Source of the DNA: a virus
Reading direction: 5' to 3' (one strand)
Length of the DNA stretch: 64,000 nt
IMG/VR virus record: IMGVR_UViG_3300042549_004948
Location: 32,001 to 96,000 of that record
Below are positions 1 to 9,704 of this stretch, in pieces. A program made the translations under genes and the position numbers. The notes under the pieces were generated by a model that saw nothing but the letters and a program-made list of their open reading frames with translations, did not search any database and was not told the DNA's origin. Positions within the stretch are counted from its first letter, which is position 1. Every line of letters starts with the position of its first letter.

Positions 1-151
1 ATATAAACATAGTCTAAAGTGAAAGTTTAAAAGAATATCGGTACATCCGACGGTTCAATCCGCTAGGGCTTTTAAATATAAACTAAGATAAAAAACAAAG
101 TCAATTATCCACTCTAAATATAGGCGAATACCCTATAAAAAATACTATTAA

Positions 152-310
152 ATGGAATTTGAAATAAGTGATAATAAAATAACAGAAGAACAGCTACAAG
201 CATTGTATATCTATCTATCATTAAATTATGATAGTATGAAAGAAGATGAAAAGGTTGTTTGGTATGAACTAATGAAAAAAATAGATAAAGAATTTAATGA
301 CTATGACTAA
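152..310 (+). CDS. hypothetical protein (52 aa, not in ORF track)
   Basis: ATG at 152, MEFEISDNKITEEQLQALY..., TAA at 308-310, overlapping next gene. Confidence 0.6.
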   Translation: MEFEISDNKITEEQLQALYIYLSLNYDSMKEDEKVVWYELMKKIDKEFNDYD

Positions 311-614
311 ATTATTGGTATTAGAAGGATGCAAGAAATGCAAAAAATTAAAAGAAGAACTTGATAGTAAAGGAATAGAGTATTCATTAGTAGTTTGTAA
401 TGATAGTACAACTATTTGTGATGAAGTAGAAGATTTAACCGGAGTTTATCAATATCCTATGATTATACACACCGATAACTTCGGGTCTATTACCGACATC
501 TTTTATGTTACCGATAAGTACGATCATGTAGGTAAATTACGAAAGTTATCTAATGCCGTAACAGGATTAGGATTTCACTCTATAGATCAATTAATAAGTT
601 ACATAATAAAGTAG
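297..614 (+). CDS. glutaredoxin/thioredoxin-like protein
   Basis: N-terminal CKKC motif, later QYP cis-Pro-like motif, about 100 aa. Confidence 0.75.
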   Translation: MTMTKLLVLEGCKKCKKLKEELDSKGIEYSLVVCNDSTTICDEVEDLTGVYQYPMIIHTDNFGSITDIFYVTDKYDHVGKLRKLSNAVTGLGFHSIDQLISYIIK

Positions 615-626
615 TAGATTTATAAT

Positions 627-806
627 ATGAAATACAAACAAATAATATTAAAGAAGATGTCCGAATTAAACAACTTCTTAAATGCTCAAGATGCGCTTCT
701 ATCGACAAGCAGGAGTGTAGACGAAATAAGATCTCAAATAGAAAAAATTAGATCTAAAGTACATGAGATAGAAGTTCTAATAAATGGAGAGCAAGAATCA
801 TTTTAA
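627..806 (+). CDS. hypothetical protein (59 aa, not in ORF track)
   Basis: MKYKQIILKKMSELNN...GEQESF*; fills the gap between neighbours. Confidence 0.65.
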   Translation: MKYKQIILKKMSELNNFLNAQDALLSTSRSVDEIRSQIEKIRSKVHEIEVLINGEQESF

Positions 807-818
807 AATAAAATAGTT

Positions 819-1460
819 ATGATCAAATTATCTGCCGAACAGATTATGGAGAATCTAGATAAGTTTTATTCCATAATAAATAAATACCTTACTGGAGAAA
901 GGAAAGATGCGCTTATTGAGTTTTATAAATCTATTGAAGAAACTTTAGCTACTTCGCCTGCTTCAACTAAGTTAGATCATCACAATGCTTTTGCTGGAGG
1001 TTATGTTGATCATGTTATTAGGGTGGTTGAAGGATCTTTAGTATTTGAGAAAGTATGGGATAAGTTTGGCCAGAAAAAGAATTATACTACAGAAGAATTA
1101 GTATTCTCGGCAATCAACCACGATCTTGGTAAGTTAGGCACTAATGAAGAACCTATGTATCTCCCTAACGATTCTCAGTGGCATATTGAAAAACAAGGGG
1201 CTGTTTATAAGTATAACCCTAATATAACTTACATGAGAGTTGCAGATAGGAGTTTATTCTATCTTCAACAAGCAGGTATTCCAATATCAGAGAATGAATA
1301 TCTAGCTATAAAACTTCATGATGGTCTTTATGAAGAATCAAATAAAGCATATTATATTACGTATAATAAAGATAACGAATTAAGATCTAATATAGCATAT
1401 ATCTTACATCAAGCAGACATGATGGCAAGTAAAGTAGAATTACAAATAAATAAAATATGA
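819..1460 (+). CDS. HD-domain phosphohydrolase
   Basis: HHNAFAGGYVDH, HDLGK, HDG and HQADMMA motifs. Confidence 0.85.
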   Translation: MIKLSAEQIMENLDKFYSIINKYLTGERKDALIEFYKSIEETLATSPASTKLDHHNAFAGGYVDHVIRVVEGSLVFEKVWDKFGQKKNYTTEELVFSAINHDLGKLGTNEEPMYLPNDSQWHIEKQGAVYKYNPNITYMRVADRSLFYLQQAGIPISENEYLAIKLHDGLYEESNKAYYITYNKDNELRSNIAYILHQADMMASKVELQINKI

Positions 1461-1729
1461 TAACAGCAATAGTATCCGCATCCATATGGGTTTTAACGGT
1501 AATTATATATATAATTTGGAACCTATACAATAAAAATAGAAAATTAGAAAAAATGGTTGTTAATCAACAGGTCTTTATAGGAGGCATTAAAGAAGCTATG
1601 AGAGAAGTTAATATGTGTGCAAATCTTATTGATTCTAAATTATGGGTACAATCAGATCCAGAATTTCTTTCTCTAATGGAGAATGTTAAAGAAATGCAAT
1701 CTAAAATGAGTAATTTTGTAGAAGAATAA
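1457..1729 (+). CDS. small membrane-anchored hypothetical protein
   Basis: N-terminal hydrophobic helix followed by coiled-coil-like region. Confidence 0.7.
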   Translation: MITAIVSASIWVLTVIIYIIWNLYNKNRKLEKMVVNQQVFIGGIKEAMREVNMCANLIDSKLWVQSDPEFLSLMENVKEMQSKMSNFVEE

Positions 1730-1731
1730 AT

Positions 1732-2484
1732 ATGGACGAATTAATAACTGGTGAGGTTGAGGTATTACTTACAAAGAAAGGTGATCCAAGAAAAAGAAAG
1801 CCAAAGGTAAAAAATAACTACTTTACAATAGATACAGAAGAGGCTATCTTAAGATATAGGAATAATAAAAATCAAGCAGAAAGAAATTCTATTTACAACA
1901 AAGATATCCATTACGGATTTTATAAACTAGTAGAAAATATTATCCACACATTTAAATTCTACTATACTGAAGTTGATAATATAGAAGATCTAAAGTACGA
2001 AGTGATCTCATTTCTTTTGCAAAAATTAGATCTTTACGATCAATCTAAAGGTAAGGCATACTCTTATTTTGGCACAATTGCCAAGAGGTATTTGATTATT
2101 TACAATCAAAAGAATTATAAGAAACTAGTATCTAAGGCAGAGATTGGAGAACAGCATGATGACAATGCACTAGTTAACTCCATCATCGTCAAGGAACCAG
2201 AGCCAGAGCTAGATAGACTAGATGTGGTCGAGCTTTTTGTAAAATATGTAGATGACAATCTCTTAGATCTTTTCGACAAGACAGATGAGGCTAAAGTGGC
2301 CGATGCCATCCTTGAGATATTTAAAAAGAGGGAAAACATAGACATTTTTAACAAAAAGGCTGTTTTTATCTATGTTAAAGAGATGACAGACACGCAGTCT
2401 AATACAATAACTAAAGTAATTAAAAAGCTTAAAGTAATTTATAAGAAGATCCTTGATAACTATCTTGAAAACAATGACTATTAA
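1732..2484 (+). CDS. phage RNA polymerase sigma factor (likely late sigma)
   Basis: sigma region 2-like EDLKYEVISFLLQKLDLYDQSKGKAYSYFGTIAKRYL; directly upstream of structural module. Confidence 0.7.
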   Translation: MDELITGEVEVLLTKKGDPRKRKPKVKNNYFTIDTEEAILRYRNNKNQAERNSIYNKDIHYGFYKLVENIIHTFKFYYTEVDNIEDLKYEVISFLLQKLDLYDQSKGKAYSYFGTIAKRYLIIYNQKNYKKLVSKAEIGEQHDDNALVNSIIVKEPEPELDRLDVVELFVKYVDDNLLDLFDKTDEAKVADAILEIFKKRENIDIFNKKAVFIYVKEMTDTQSNTITKVIKKLKVIYKKILDNYLENNDY

Positions 2485-2491
2485 TATTTAT
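2484..2491 (+). promoter_or_regulatory. putative late promoter ATATTTAT
   Basis: motif recurring just upstream of 11 starts in the sense orientation. Confidence 0.65.
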
Positions 2492-2502
2492 TCTAAAAAG
2501 TC

Positions 2503-2865
2503 ATGGAACTTGATAAGGAAATATTCAAAGGAAAAACAGTCGCAGACCTCGTAGAAGAGGTATATAATAAGCATAAAAATCAAGACGGTACTATAAAACA
2601 GGAGATCATGAGGCTAGCTGATATGATCGAAACACCTGGTGATGCTATAGTAATTGTGCCTCTTCTCAAAGGCTTTATGGATTCCAGTCTTAAAAATGAC
2701 GAGGTTCTCATGAAGTTATTAGCCTTATTCCAAAAGGCTGCAGCGGATGCTAAAAAGGGAGATTCTGAAGATTCTAGCATTTTGACAGAAAAGGACATAG
2801 AGCAACTATTTGCCGATGTTACTAATTCTAAGATTAAAGAACTAAAACAACTCCCTAGCGCCTAA
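2503..2865 (+). CDS. hypothetical protein
   Basis: ORF with late motif upstream, coupled to next gene. Confidence 0.75.
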   Translation: MELDKEIFKGKTVADLVEEVYNKHKNQDGTIKQEIMRLADMIETPGDAIVIVPLLKGFMDSSLKNDEVLMKLLALFQKAAADAKKGDSEDSSILTEKDIEQLFADVTNSKIKELKQLPSA

Positions 2866-3761
2866 TGTCGTATTCATTAGTACAACCCCAGGTAGCCAAT
2901 AGAGGACAAACAGGAGGCCAATATTTTCAAATTGGTCGAGTTAAATCTGTAGTGCTTGGACCTTTTAAAGGAAACAGCAGAGAAGTAGACCCAGATTATG
3001 GGAGTCCTTCTGACATAGGTAAAATTAGATATGAACTTATTTATTCAGCTTTAGCAACTTCTAAATCTGATCAGGTTTCAGAACCAGCATTTCCTTTATT
3101 TAGCTTTCTAAAGCAGTATCCTATAGTAAATGAAATAGTTTTTATTATAGCAGGACCTACTGAAAGGCAGAATGACAGGATATCTAATCAACAATTTTTC
3201 TATCTTCCTCCTTACGATGTTTGGAATAGTGCTAACCACGGCGCATTTCCTAATATGTCAGAGTATGCCCAGTATTTAAACCAGTTTGCCAATCAACCAG
3301 GATATTCAGGAAATGCCACCTCCGGATCTCTTCCTCTAGGATATACATTTCAAGAGAAAAAAGATGTAAAAAACCTAAGACCTTTTGAAGGTGATGTTAT
3401 TATGCAGGCTAGATTTGGACAGTCTATAAGATTTGGTAGCACAGTTCCTGTAATGAAAGACTTTAATACCTGGTCTAATTCTGGAACTAATGGAAGTCCT
3501 ATAACTATAATATCCAATAGCCAAGGAAGGAGACCTGGACTAACTAAATTTGATCCATTAGTTGAGGATATCAATCAAGATGGATCTGCTATATGGATGA
3601 CTTCAGATCAACAAATTAATTTAGTAGATATTAATTCATTTCCTTTATCTTCATTTGGAGTCGGAATAAATCAGATCTCGCAAAATGTTATAACATCTCA
3701 AATTAATAATCCGACATCATCATTATCTGCACAAGCACAAGATCAGAATAATATAAGCTAA
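2865..3761 (+). CDS. baseplate hub/spike-associated protein (gp5 N-terminal OB-like)
   Basis: QYPIVNEIVFI and FEGDVIMQARFGQSIRFGS motifs; baseplate context. Confidence 0.6.
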   Translation: MSYSLVQPQVANRGQTGGQYFQIGRVKSVVLGPFKGNSREVDPDYGSPSDIGKIRYELIYSALATSKSDQVSEPAFPLFSFLKQYPIVNEIVFIIAGPTERQNDRISNQQFFYLPPYDVWNSANHGAFPNMSEYAQYLNQFANQPGYSGNATSGSLPLGYTFQEKKDVKNLRPFEGDVIMQARFGQSIRFGSTVPVMKDFNTWSNSGTNGSPITIISNSQGRRPGLTKFDPLVEDINQDGSAIWMTSDQQINLVDINSFPLSSFGVGINQISQNVITSQINNPTSSLSAQAQDQNNIS

Positions 3762-3762
3762 A

Positions 3763-4194
3763 ATGTTTAAACCTGTATTTCCATATAAAGGCAATCAATT
3801 AATACTAACTTCTGATAGAGTTACTATATATTCTAAGAATGATGCTGTATTTATATTTGGTAAAGAAGCGGTATCTATATCTTCTGTGAAAACAATTAAT
3901 TTAGATGCAAATGAAAAAATTTTAATAAACTGTACAAAAATAGAATTAGGAAGTAAAGCAGAAATAGAAGGAGAACCTGTTATTTTAGGAGATAAATTAA
4001 ATAGCCAATTAAAAGGTCTTATTGATGGATTAACAACTTCTGCTATTCTTATGAAACAAGTATCGGCAGGAAATTTAGGGGTTAGTATGGAAGTAATAAG
4101 ACAGGCGGCTGATATTTTATATGATGCTTGTGAGGAAGCTAATGCATATATAACTTCTAAAACTACTTTATCAAAAAATACATTTACTAGATAG
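3763..4194 (+). CDS. baseplate spike-like protein
   Basis: beta-helix-like segment followed by ELGSKA..EPVILGD; context. Confidence 0.55.
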   Translation: MFKPVFPYKGNQLILTSDRVTIYSKNDAVFIFGKEAVSISSVKTINLDANEKILINCTKIELGSKAEIEGEPVILGDKLNSQLKGLIDGLTTSAILMKQVSAGNLGVSMEVIRQAADILYDACEEANAYITSKTTLSKNTFTR

Positions 4195-5498
4195 TGGCTA
4201 ATACAAACACCATAATACCAAAAGATAACCAGTCTATAAATATGAATACTGGTAGCGGTAAAGGATTAGAAAAGGCGATTTCTACCATATCTACATTTGT
4301 AATTAAAGCTCAAAGCAAAATTAATAAAATAATATATGGATCTGCTAGAGCTGATATAAAAAATAAAAGTACTAATAAAGGTGACGTTCAAGCTACTATG
4401 GAAAGGGGTATTATTCCTATATTAGATCAAATATCCACTGTAAATTTATGTGCATTAAATGATCCAACACAAGATATATCAAATGTTACAAAAATAATAA
4501 ATAAAACAAGAGTAGTCGATCTCATAAGAGCTATATTAGTACAATCAAATAATATAAATTCTATAGCTAGAAAAATATTAGGATTTATAAACTCAGGAAG
4601 ATCTATCGTTCAAATAATAGTTTTATTACTAAAAGTGTTTAAACTAATTGCTAATTTTTTAAAAACACTTCCTATTCCTTCAATATTTACTACAGTTGGA
4701 GTTTCAGTAACCATATCTGATACACTACAAACAAAAATAAATAAGTTTGTTGATACTAGTATTGATAGATTAAATCAAATAAATACAGTATTAAATTTAA
4801 TTGTAATAGTTGCAACTAGTCTAATAATCGGAATAGATCAAATCATTCTTAGATTAAAAATGATTTTGATGAATATAGAAAGCTGCTCTACTCCTGAACT
4901 TTTAGCAGATTTAAATTCAACTATTTCTAATCTGCAAGATTCTAGAGACGGACTTCAGAAATTCATAAATGATTACAATAACAACAAGACTCAAAAAGAT
5001 ACTAATTTTGGTGGCTATAAAATAGAAATAGTTACAGAACAAGTAGTAGACGAAGGTATTAATTTAAAAAGAAGATTTGGTATAGCTATAGATCAAAAAG
5101 GATATATAGTAGTTCAATCTACTCCAACATTTGCTTCTCTAGACTTAATAATAATAAACGAAGTAAAAGTATTATTAATATCCAAAGGATTAGTAGATTC
5201 TAGTTTACAATCTTTATCTACAGATCAAGTTTTAGTAGTTACAGAAGCATTAAACTATCTAGAAGACAATTCTTTAAATATACAAGACCTAGATATATCC
5301 CCAGATCTTACCTTAGAATCTGAAAATATACAAGCAAATGATTCTCTTGGATTAAATAACTTTATTAATAATTTGAAAGGTGGTTCTGCTCTTCGCAAAC
5401 AAATGAGAAGGGTATTAGCTATTTCTATTGCTAAATTAGGAACCGGGATTAAAAATACAGATCCAAACAATAAATTTTCTATAACTCAAAAAGTATAA
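4194..5498 (+). CDS. hypothetical protein, probably structural
   Basis: 434-aa ORF in baseplate operon, GTG start overlapping TAG. Confidence 0.65.
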   Translation: MANTNTIIPKDNQSINMNTGSGKGLEKAISTISTFVIKAQSKINKIIYGSARADIKNKSTNKGDVQATMERGIIPILDQISTVNLCALNDPTQDISNVTKIINKTRVVDLIRAILVQSNNINSIARKILGFINSGRSIVQIIVLLLKVFKLIANFLKTLPIPSIFTTVGVSVTISDTLQTKINKFVDTSIDRLNQINTVLNLIVIVATSLIIGIDQIILRLKMILMNIESCSTPELLADLNSTISNLQDSRDGLQKFINDYNNNKTQKDTNFGGYKIEIVTEQVVDEGINLKRRFGIAIDQKGYIVVQSTPTFASLDLIIINEVKVLLISKGLVDSSLQSLSTDQVLVVTEALNYLEDNSLNIQDLDISPDLTLESENIQANDSLGLNNFINNLKGGSALRKQMRRVLAISIAKLGTGIKNTDPNNKFSITQKV

Positions 5499-5517
5499 CA
5501 GTAAACTTATAAAAATA

Positions 5518-5525
5518 ATATTTAT
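5518..5525 (+). promoter_or_regulatory. putative late promoter ATATTTAT
   Basis: 5 nt upstream of ATG 5531. Confidence 0.65.
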
Positions 5526-5530
5526 AACAT

Positions 5531-5974
5531 ATGGGACAATTAGACCAATTAAGAAAGCTTATAAGAGAAGAACTCAGGTCCGTTATCAAGGAGGAGCTTC
5601 CTAAAATATTAAAGGAAAGCTATAAGCCTGTCATGTCTGATCCTAAAAAGAACCTTCAGGAGCAGGTTAAATCAAAAATACCAGGCACATTAAATACTCA
5701 TGCATCTAGACCTCAAATCAAATTTGCAGGTAATAATCCTATGGCAGCCTTATTAAATGATACTGCTAATAGTATGTTAAATGAAGACTTTTCTATGACA
5801 TCTGCCGATGTACACCCAGGGATGGGTTTCCAGCCTAAAGAGGTTTCTGTAGGATCTGTTGAAGGAATGCTTGGATCAGCTAGACCTAGCTCAAATATAG
5901 ACGCTGTTCAAATAAATGAAGTTCCTGATTTTTCTGGCCTAATGGCTAAGTTTAAAGAGAGAGGCGAAATATAA
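5531..5974 (+). CDS. hypothetical late protein
   Basis: LRKLIREE/VIKEE/ILKE leader; late motif upstream. Confidence 0.7.
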   Translation: MGQLDQLRKLIREELRSVIKEELPKILKESYKPVMSDPKKNLQEQVKSKIPGTLNTHASRPQIKFAGNNPMAALLNDTANSMLNEDFSMTSADVHPGMGFQPKEVSVGSVEGMLGSARPSSNIDAVQINEVPDFSGLMAKFKERGEI

Positions 5975-6387
5975 TGGCATACGGATTAAAGAAAATAGCT
6001 GTAATAGATTTAAAACCATCAACCGGAGTTGGGGTGGCTATTCCATTTTCTGCCGATAATGTATTCACTACAACATATACCACCAAAGATCAGACTAAAT
6101 ATAATTTAATTAACTTCTTATTGACTGATCCTAGAGAGAGGCCGTTTAATCCTAATTTTGGAGCCGGTTTAAGGGCAAGACTTTTTGAACAGATAGATCA
6201 GACTACTTTTGAAGATATGAAGCAGTCTATAAGAACTCAAATAGAAAATAATTTTCCAAACGTTGAAATAGTTACTCTAGAAATAACAGGAAATCCTGAT
6301 TATAATTCAATAAACATTAAATTTAGTTATAGACTATTAAGATCAAATGAAAATGATTCAGTTATATTGACCATTCAAAATATGTAA
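5974..6387 (+). CDS. baseplate wedge subunit, gp25-like (GPW_gp25)
   Basis: NLINFLLTDPRERPFNPNFGAGLRARLFEQ signature. Confidence 0.9.
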   Translation: MAYGLKKIAVIDLKPSTGVGVAIPFSADNVFTTTYTTKDQTKYNLINFLLTDPRERPFNPNFGAGLRARLFEQIDQTTFEDMKQSIRTQIENNFPNVEIVTLEITGNPDYNSINIKFSYRLLRSNENDSVILTIQNM

Positions 6388-6389
6388 AA

Positions 6390-8246
6390 ATGCCAGATCA
6401 AATAGATATAAAATATCTGAATAAAGACTTTTCTACTTTCAAAGCAGATTTGATTGAGTATGCCAAGTCTTACTATCCTACAGTCTATAATGACTTTACT
6501 CAGGCTTCTCCTGGAAGTATGTTTATTGAAATGGCTTCTTATGTAGGAGACGTTCTTTCATTTTACTTAGACAATCAACTTCAAGAGACTTTCTTACAAT
6601 ACGCTAAGCAAAAAAATAATTTATATACTCTAGCTTATATGCTAGGATATAGACCAAAGGTTACTTCTGCTGCTATAGTAAATTTAGATGTATTTCAACA
6701 AATTCCTGCTATTACTGTAGGAATAGATACACTTCCTGATTTTAGCTACGCTATGACTATTGAGCAAGGTATGCAAGTTAAATCAAATGTAAATAGCTCT
6801 GTTTTGTTCTTTGCTTCTCAAAAAGTTGATTTTACTACTTCATCTTCATATGATCCTACTACAATAGAAGTTTACACAGTAGATGGAACTAATACGCCGA
6901 CATCTTATTTGATGAAGAAAACAGTTCAAGCACTTTCTGGTGAAGTAAAAACACAATCATTTACTTTTGGCGCAGCTCAAAGATTTGTTAATGTTACAAT
7001 ACAAGATAATTCTATTATCACAATACTAAATGCAAAAGATTCAAATGGTAATACGTGGTATGAGGTACCCTATTTAGCGCAAGATTATATACTTCAGCCT
7101 GTAGAAAATACCGCCGCAAATTATCCTAGCTTATATCAGTATCAAAATCAGGTGCCATATGTAATTCAAAAAGTTTCTGTTCCTAGACGTTTTGTTTCTA
7201 GGTTTAAAACAGATGGATCTTTAGATATTGAATTTGGTTCTGGCATCAATTCTGTAGCAGACTCTGTAGTTGTACCTAATCCTAATTCTGTAAGCGTAGG
7301 TTTAACTGGTGGCGGGCTTAGCACCCTATCGAGTTCTTTCGATCCTACTAATTTTGTAACTACACAGACTTATGGTCTAGCTCCAAAAAATACTACTATA
7401 ACTTTTCAATATTTAGTAGGCGGTGGCGCATCGGCGAATGTTTTATCAAATCAATTAACACAAATTGTTTCTTCTACAGTATCAGGAAATACAACATACC
7501 AAAATACTATAGTAGTTAATAATACAGATCCTGCCTCAGGAGGCGGTGATGGAGAATCTGTAGAAGAATTAAGATTTAATATAGCAAATGAATTTCCAAC
7601 TCAGCTTAGAGCAGTTACTCAACAAGATTACTTAGCTAGAACAATGAGTATGCCTTCTCAGTATGGTAAAGTTGCAAAAGCATATATTACTAAAGATGAT
7701 GCAACATTTGCAAATTACATGCTAGCTGATCAAAGTCAATTTGATCCAATGCTAGTAAGCTTATATGCACTAGGTTTAGATGCTAATAGTAACTTAGCAG
7801 ATCCATCTCCTGCTCTTCTTAAAAATATTCAAGAATACTTGAAAGAATATAGAATGCTGACAGACTCTGTTAATATTAAGCCAGCTTATATTATAAACAT
7901 AGGATGTAATTTTGATATAATTATAAGACCAAACTATACTAGTCAAGATGTTATAGCAAGGTGTATTCTATCTTTACAAGATTATTTTAATATAGATAAT
8001 TGGCAAATAAATGAACCTATAGTATTAGGAGATACATACTCACTATTAGATTCAATAGATGGAGTTCAAACTGTTAAAACAGTTAATATAGTTAATAAAA
8101 CAGGAGAGGCTAATGGATATTCAAAATACTCGTATGATATTTCAGCAGGTACTTTAGATGGCGTTATATATCCTTCATTAGATCCATCTATTTTTGAATT
8201 AAAATATCCAAATTCAGATATTCAAGGTAGAGTAGTAACATTATAA
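6390..8246 (+). CDS. baseplate wedge protein, gp6/J-like
   Basis: KDFSTFKADL, SYVGDVLSFYLD, GGGDGESVEELR and QLRAVTQQDY motifs. Confidence 0.9.
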   Translation: MPDQIDIKYLNKDFSTFKADLIEYAKSYYPTVYNDFTQASPGSMFIEMASYVGDVLSFYLDNQLQETFLQYAKQKNNLYTLAYMLGYRPKVTSAAIVNLDVFQQIPAITVGIDTLPDFSYAMTIEQGMQVKSNVNSSVLFFASQKVDFTTSSSYDPTTIEVYTVDGTNTPTSYLMKKTVQALSGEVKTQSFTFGAAQRFVNVTIQDNSIITILNAKDSNGNTWYEVPYLAQDYILQPVENTAANYPSLYQYQNQVPYVIQKVSVPRRFVSRFKTDGSLDIEFGSGINSVADSVVVPNPNSVSVGLTGGGLSTLSSSFDPTNFVTTQTYGLAPKNTTITFQYLVGGGASANVLSNQLTQIVSSTVSGNTTYQNTIVVNNTDPASGGGDGESVEELRFNIANEFPTQLRAVTQQDYLARTMSMPSQYGKVAKAYITKDDATFANYMLADQSQFDPMLVSLYALGLDANSNLADPSPALLKNIQEYLKEYRMLTDSVNIKPAYIINIGCNFDIIIRPNYTSQDVIARCILSLQDYFNIDNWQINEPIVLGDTYSLLDSIDGVQTVKTVNIVNKTGEANGYSKYSYDISAGTLDGVIYPSLDPSIFELKYPNSDIQGRVVTL

Positions 8247-8256
8247 AAGATAAAAA

Positions 8257-9366
8257 ATGGCCATATATAAAATATTTCCTTCTGCTGATGCCTCGATATA
8301 TTCATCCGCTCCTGCACAAAACACAGGGTTAGATGAAATTCTTGAAGTTGGAGTTAAGAATAATTTAACCCCTCTAAACTATTTTGTTGATCCAGTTACA
8401 AGCCAGCCATTACTTGCTGATGATTTAAGAAGATCATTAATACTATTCTCTAATGAAGATATTAGTACACTAAAAACATATGCAACTGGTTCTTGGAAAA
8501 CAAGTCTTAAATTGTATTTAGCAAATGCTGAGAATCTTAGTACAACATATAGTGTAGAAATTAGACAGGTTTCTCAATCTTGGGAAATGGGAACTGGTAA
8601 AAGAGCCGATGTACCTGAAACAAGAAATGGTGTTTGTTGGTATAATACAGGATCTTTTACTACTGCTGGTAATAACTGGTCGCTAAATAGATCTGCATAT
8701 TTAACACCAGGAGGAGGATCTTGGACAAATTTATATGCTACAGAATCATTTACATATACGGCAAATAAAGATATTGATAGTGACGTAACTTCTATAGTAG
8801 ACACATGGTTTAGCGGTAGCGCAAATAACGCAGGATTTATTTTAAAGTTTCCTGATTCTGTGGAACAAAATGATAAGTCTTATATTAATTTAAGCTTCTT
8901 TTCAGTGGATACACATACAATCTATCCACCAGTACTTGAAATTAAATGGGATGATAGTTCTTATTCTACAGGAAGCTTAGCTATTATCAATAACTCAAAT
9001 ACGATAATAACTTTAAACAATAATCAAGGAACATATAAGTACGGAACTAACAAATATAGATTTAGAATAAACTCAAGAGATAAATATCCTGCTAGAGTGT
9101 TTACTACGTCTTCTCTGTATACATCAAATAAAGCGCTACCGCAGACAGCTTATTGGGCTTTACAAGATTTAAAAACAGAAGATATAGTTATAGACTACGA
9201 TACAGATTATACTAAAATAAGCTGCGATAATACTAGTAGTTACTTTGATCTTTATATGAAAGGTTTAGAACCAGAAAGATATTATAAAATATTAGTTAGA
9301 ACAGTTTTATCAGACGGAGAATCTTATGACACCGATAATAATCTAATATTTAAAATAATTAGGTAA
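8257..9366 (+). CDS. virion structural protein (DNRLRE-like beta-sandwich)
   Basis: DASIY..NTGLDEILE, NNAGFILK and PVLEIKWDD motifs; context. Confidence 0.6.
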   Translation: MAIYKIFPSADASIYSSAPAQNTGLDEILEVGVKNNLTPLNYFVDPVTSQPLLADDLRRSLILFSNEDISTLKTYATGSWKTSLKLYLANAENLSTTYSVEIRQVSQSWEMGTGKRADVPETRNGVCWYNTGSFTTAGNNWSLNRSAYLTPGGGSWTNLYATESFTYTANKDIDSDVTSIVDTWFSGSANNAGFILKFPDSVEQNDKSYINLSFFSVDTHTIYPPVLEIKWDDSSYSTGSLAIINNSNTIITLNNNQGTYKYGTNKYRFRINSRDKYPARVFTTSSLYTSNKALPQTAYWALQDLKTEDIVIDYDTDYTKISCDNTSSYFDLYMKGLEPERYYKILVRTVLSDGESYDTDNNLIFKIIR

Positions 9367-9704
9367 TGGCAAATATAGATTTAGTAAAAGAAATTTATGG
9401 TGTCAATACTTATTCAAAAGCAGTAGATACTAGCTTTACTGAATTAGTAGCACCTGTTCAAGAACTGACAGCCAGCTTAATTACAGTAGATCAGTTTTTT
9501 ACTTATTATGATGAATTATTCTTTAATATACCAGTATCAGGATCTATAAATTCACACACATACTTGGTTGAAAGAAGCCAACAATATATTGGAGGTTCTG
9601 TAATTGATGCTGAAAAGCAAGCACTTATAGAAGAAATTAACTCACTTCGTCAACAATTATTAGATTTAAACCAATCGTTTAGTAATATTAACGATCTACT
9701 ATAA
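9366..9704 (+). CDS. hypothetical structural protein
   Basis: coupled ORF in baseplate operon. Confidence 0.7.
   Translation: MANIDLVKEIYGVNTYSKAVDTSFTELVAPVQELTASLITVDQFFTYYDELFFNIPVSGSINSHTYLVERSQQYIGGSVIDAEKQALIEEINSLRQQLLDLNQSFSNINDLL

Noticed and set aside
36-70. Two small hairpins with a TTCAAT loop resembling a tRNA T arm
   Set aside because: No acceptor stem or cloverleaf can be built; too short to support a call.
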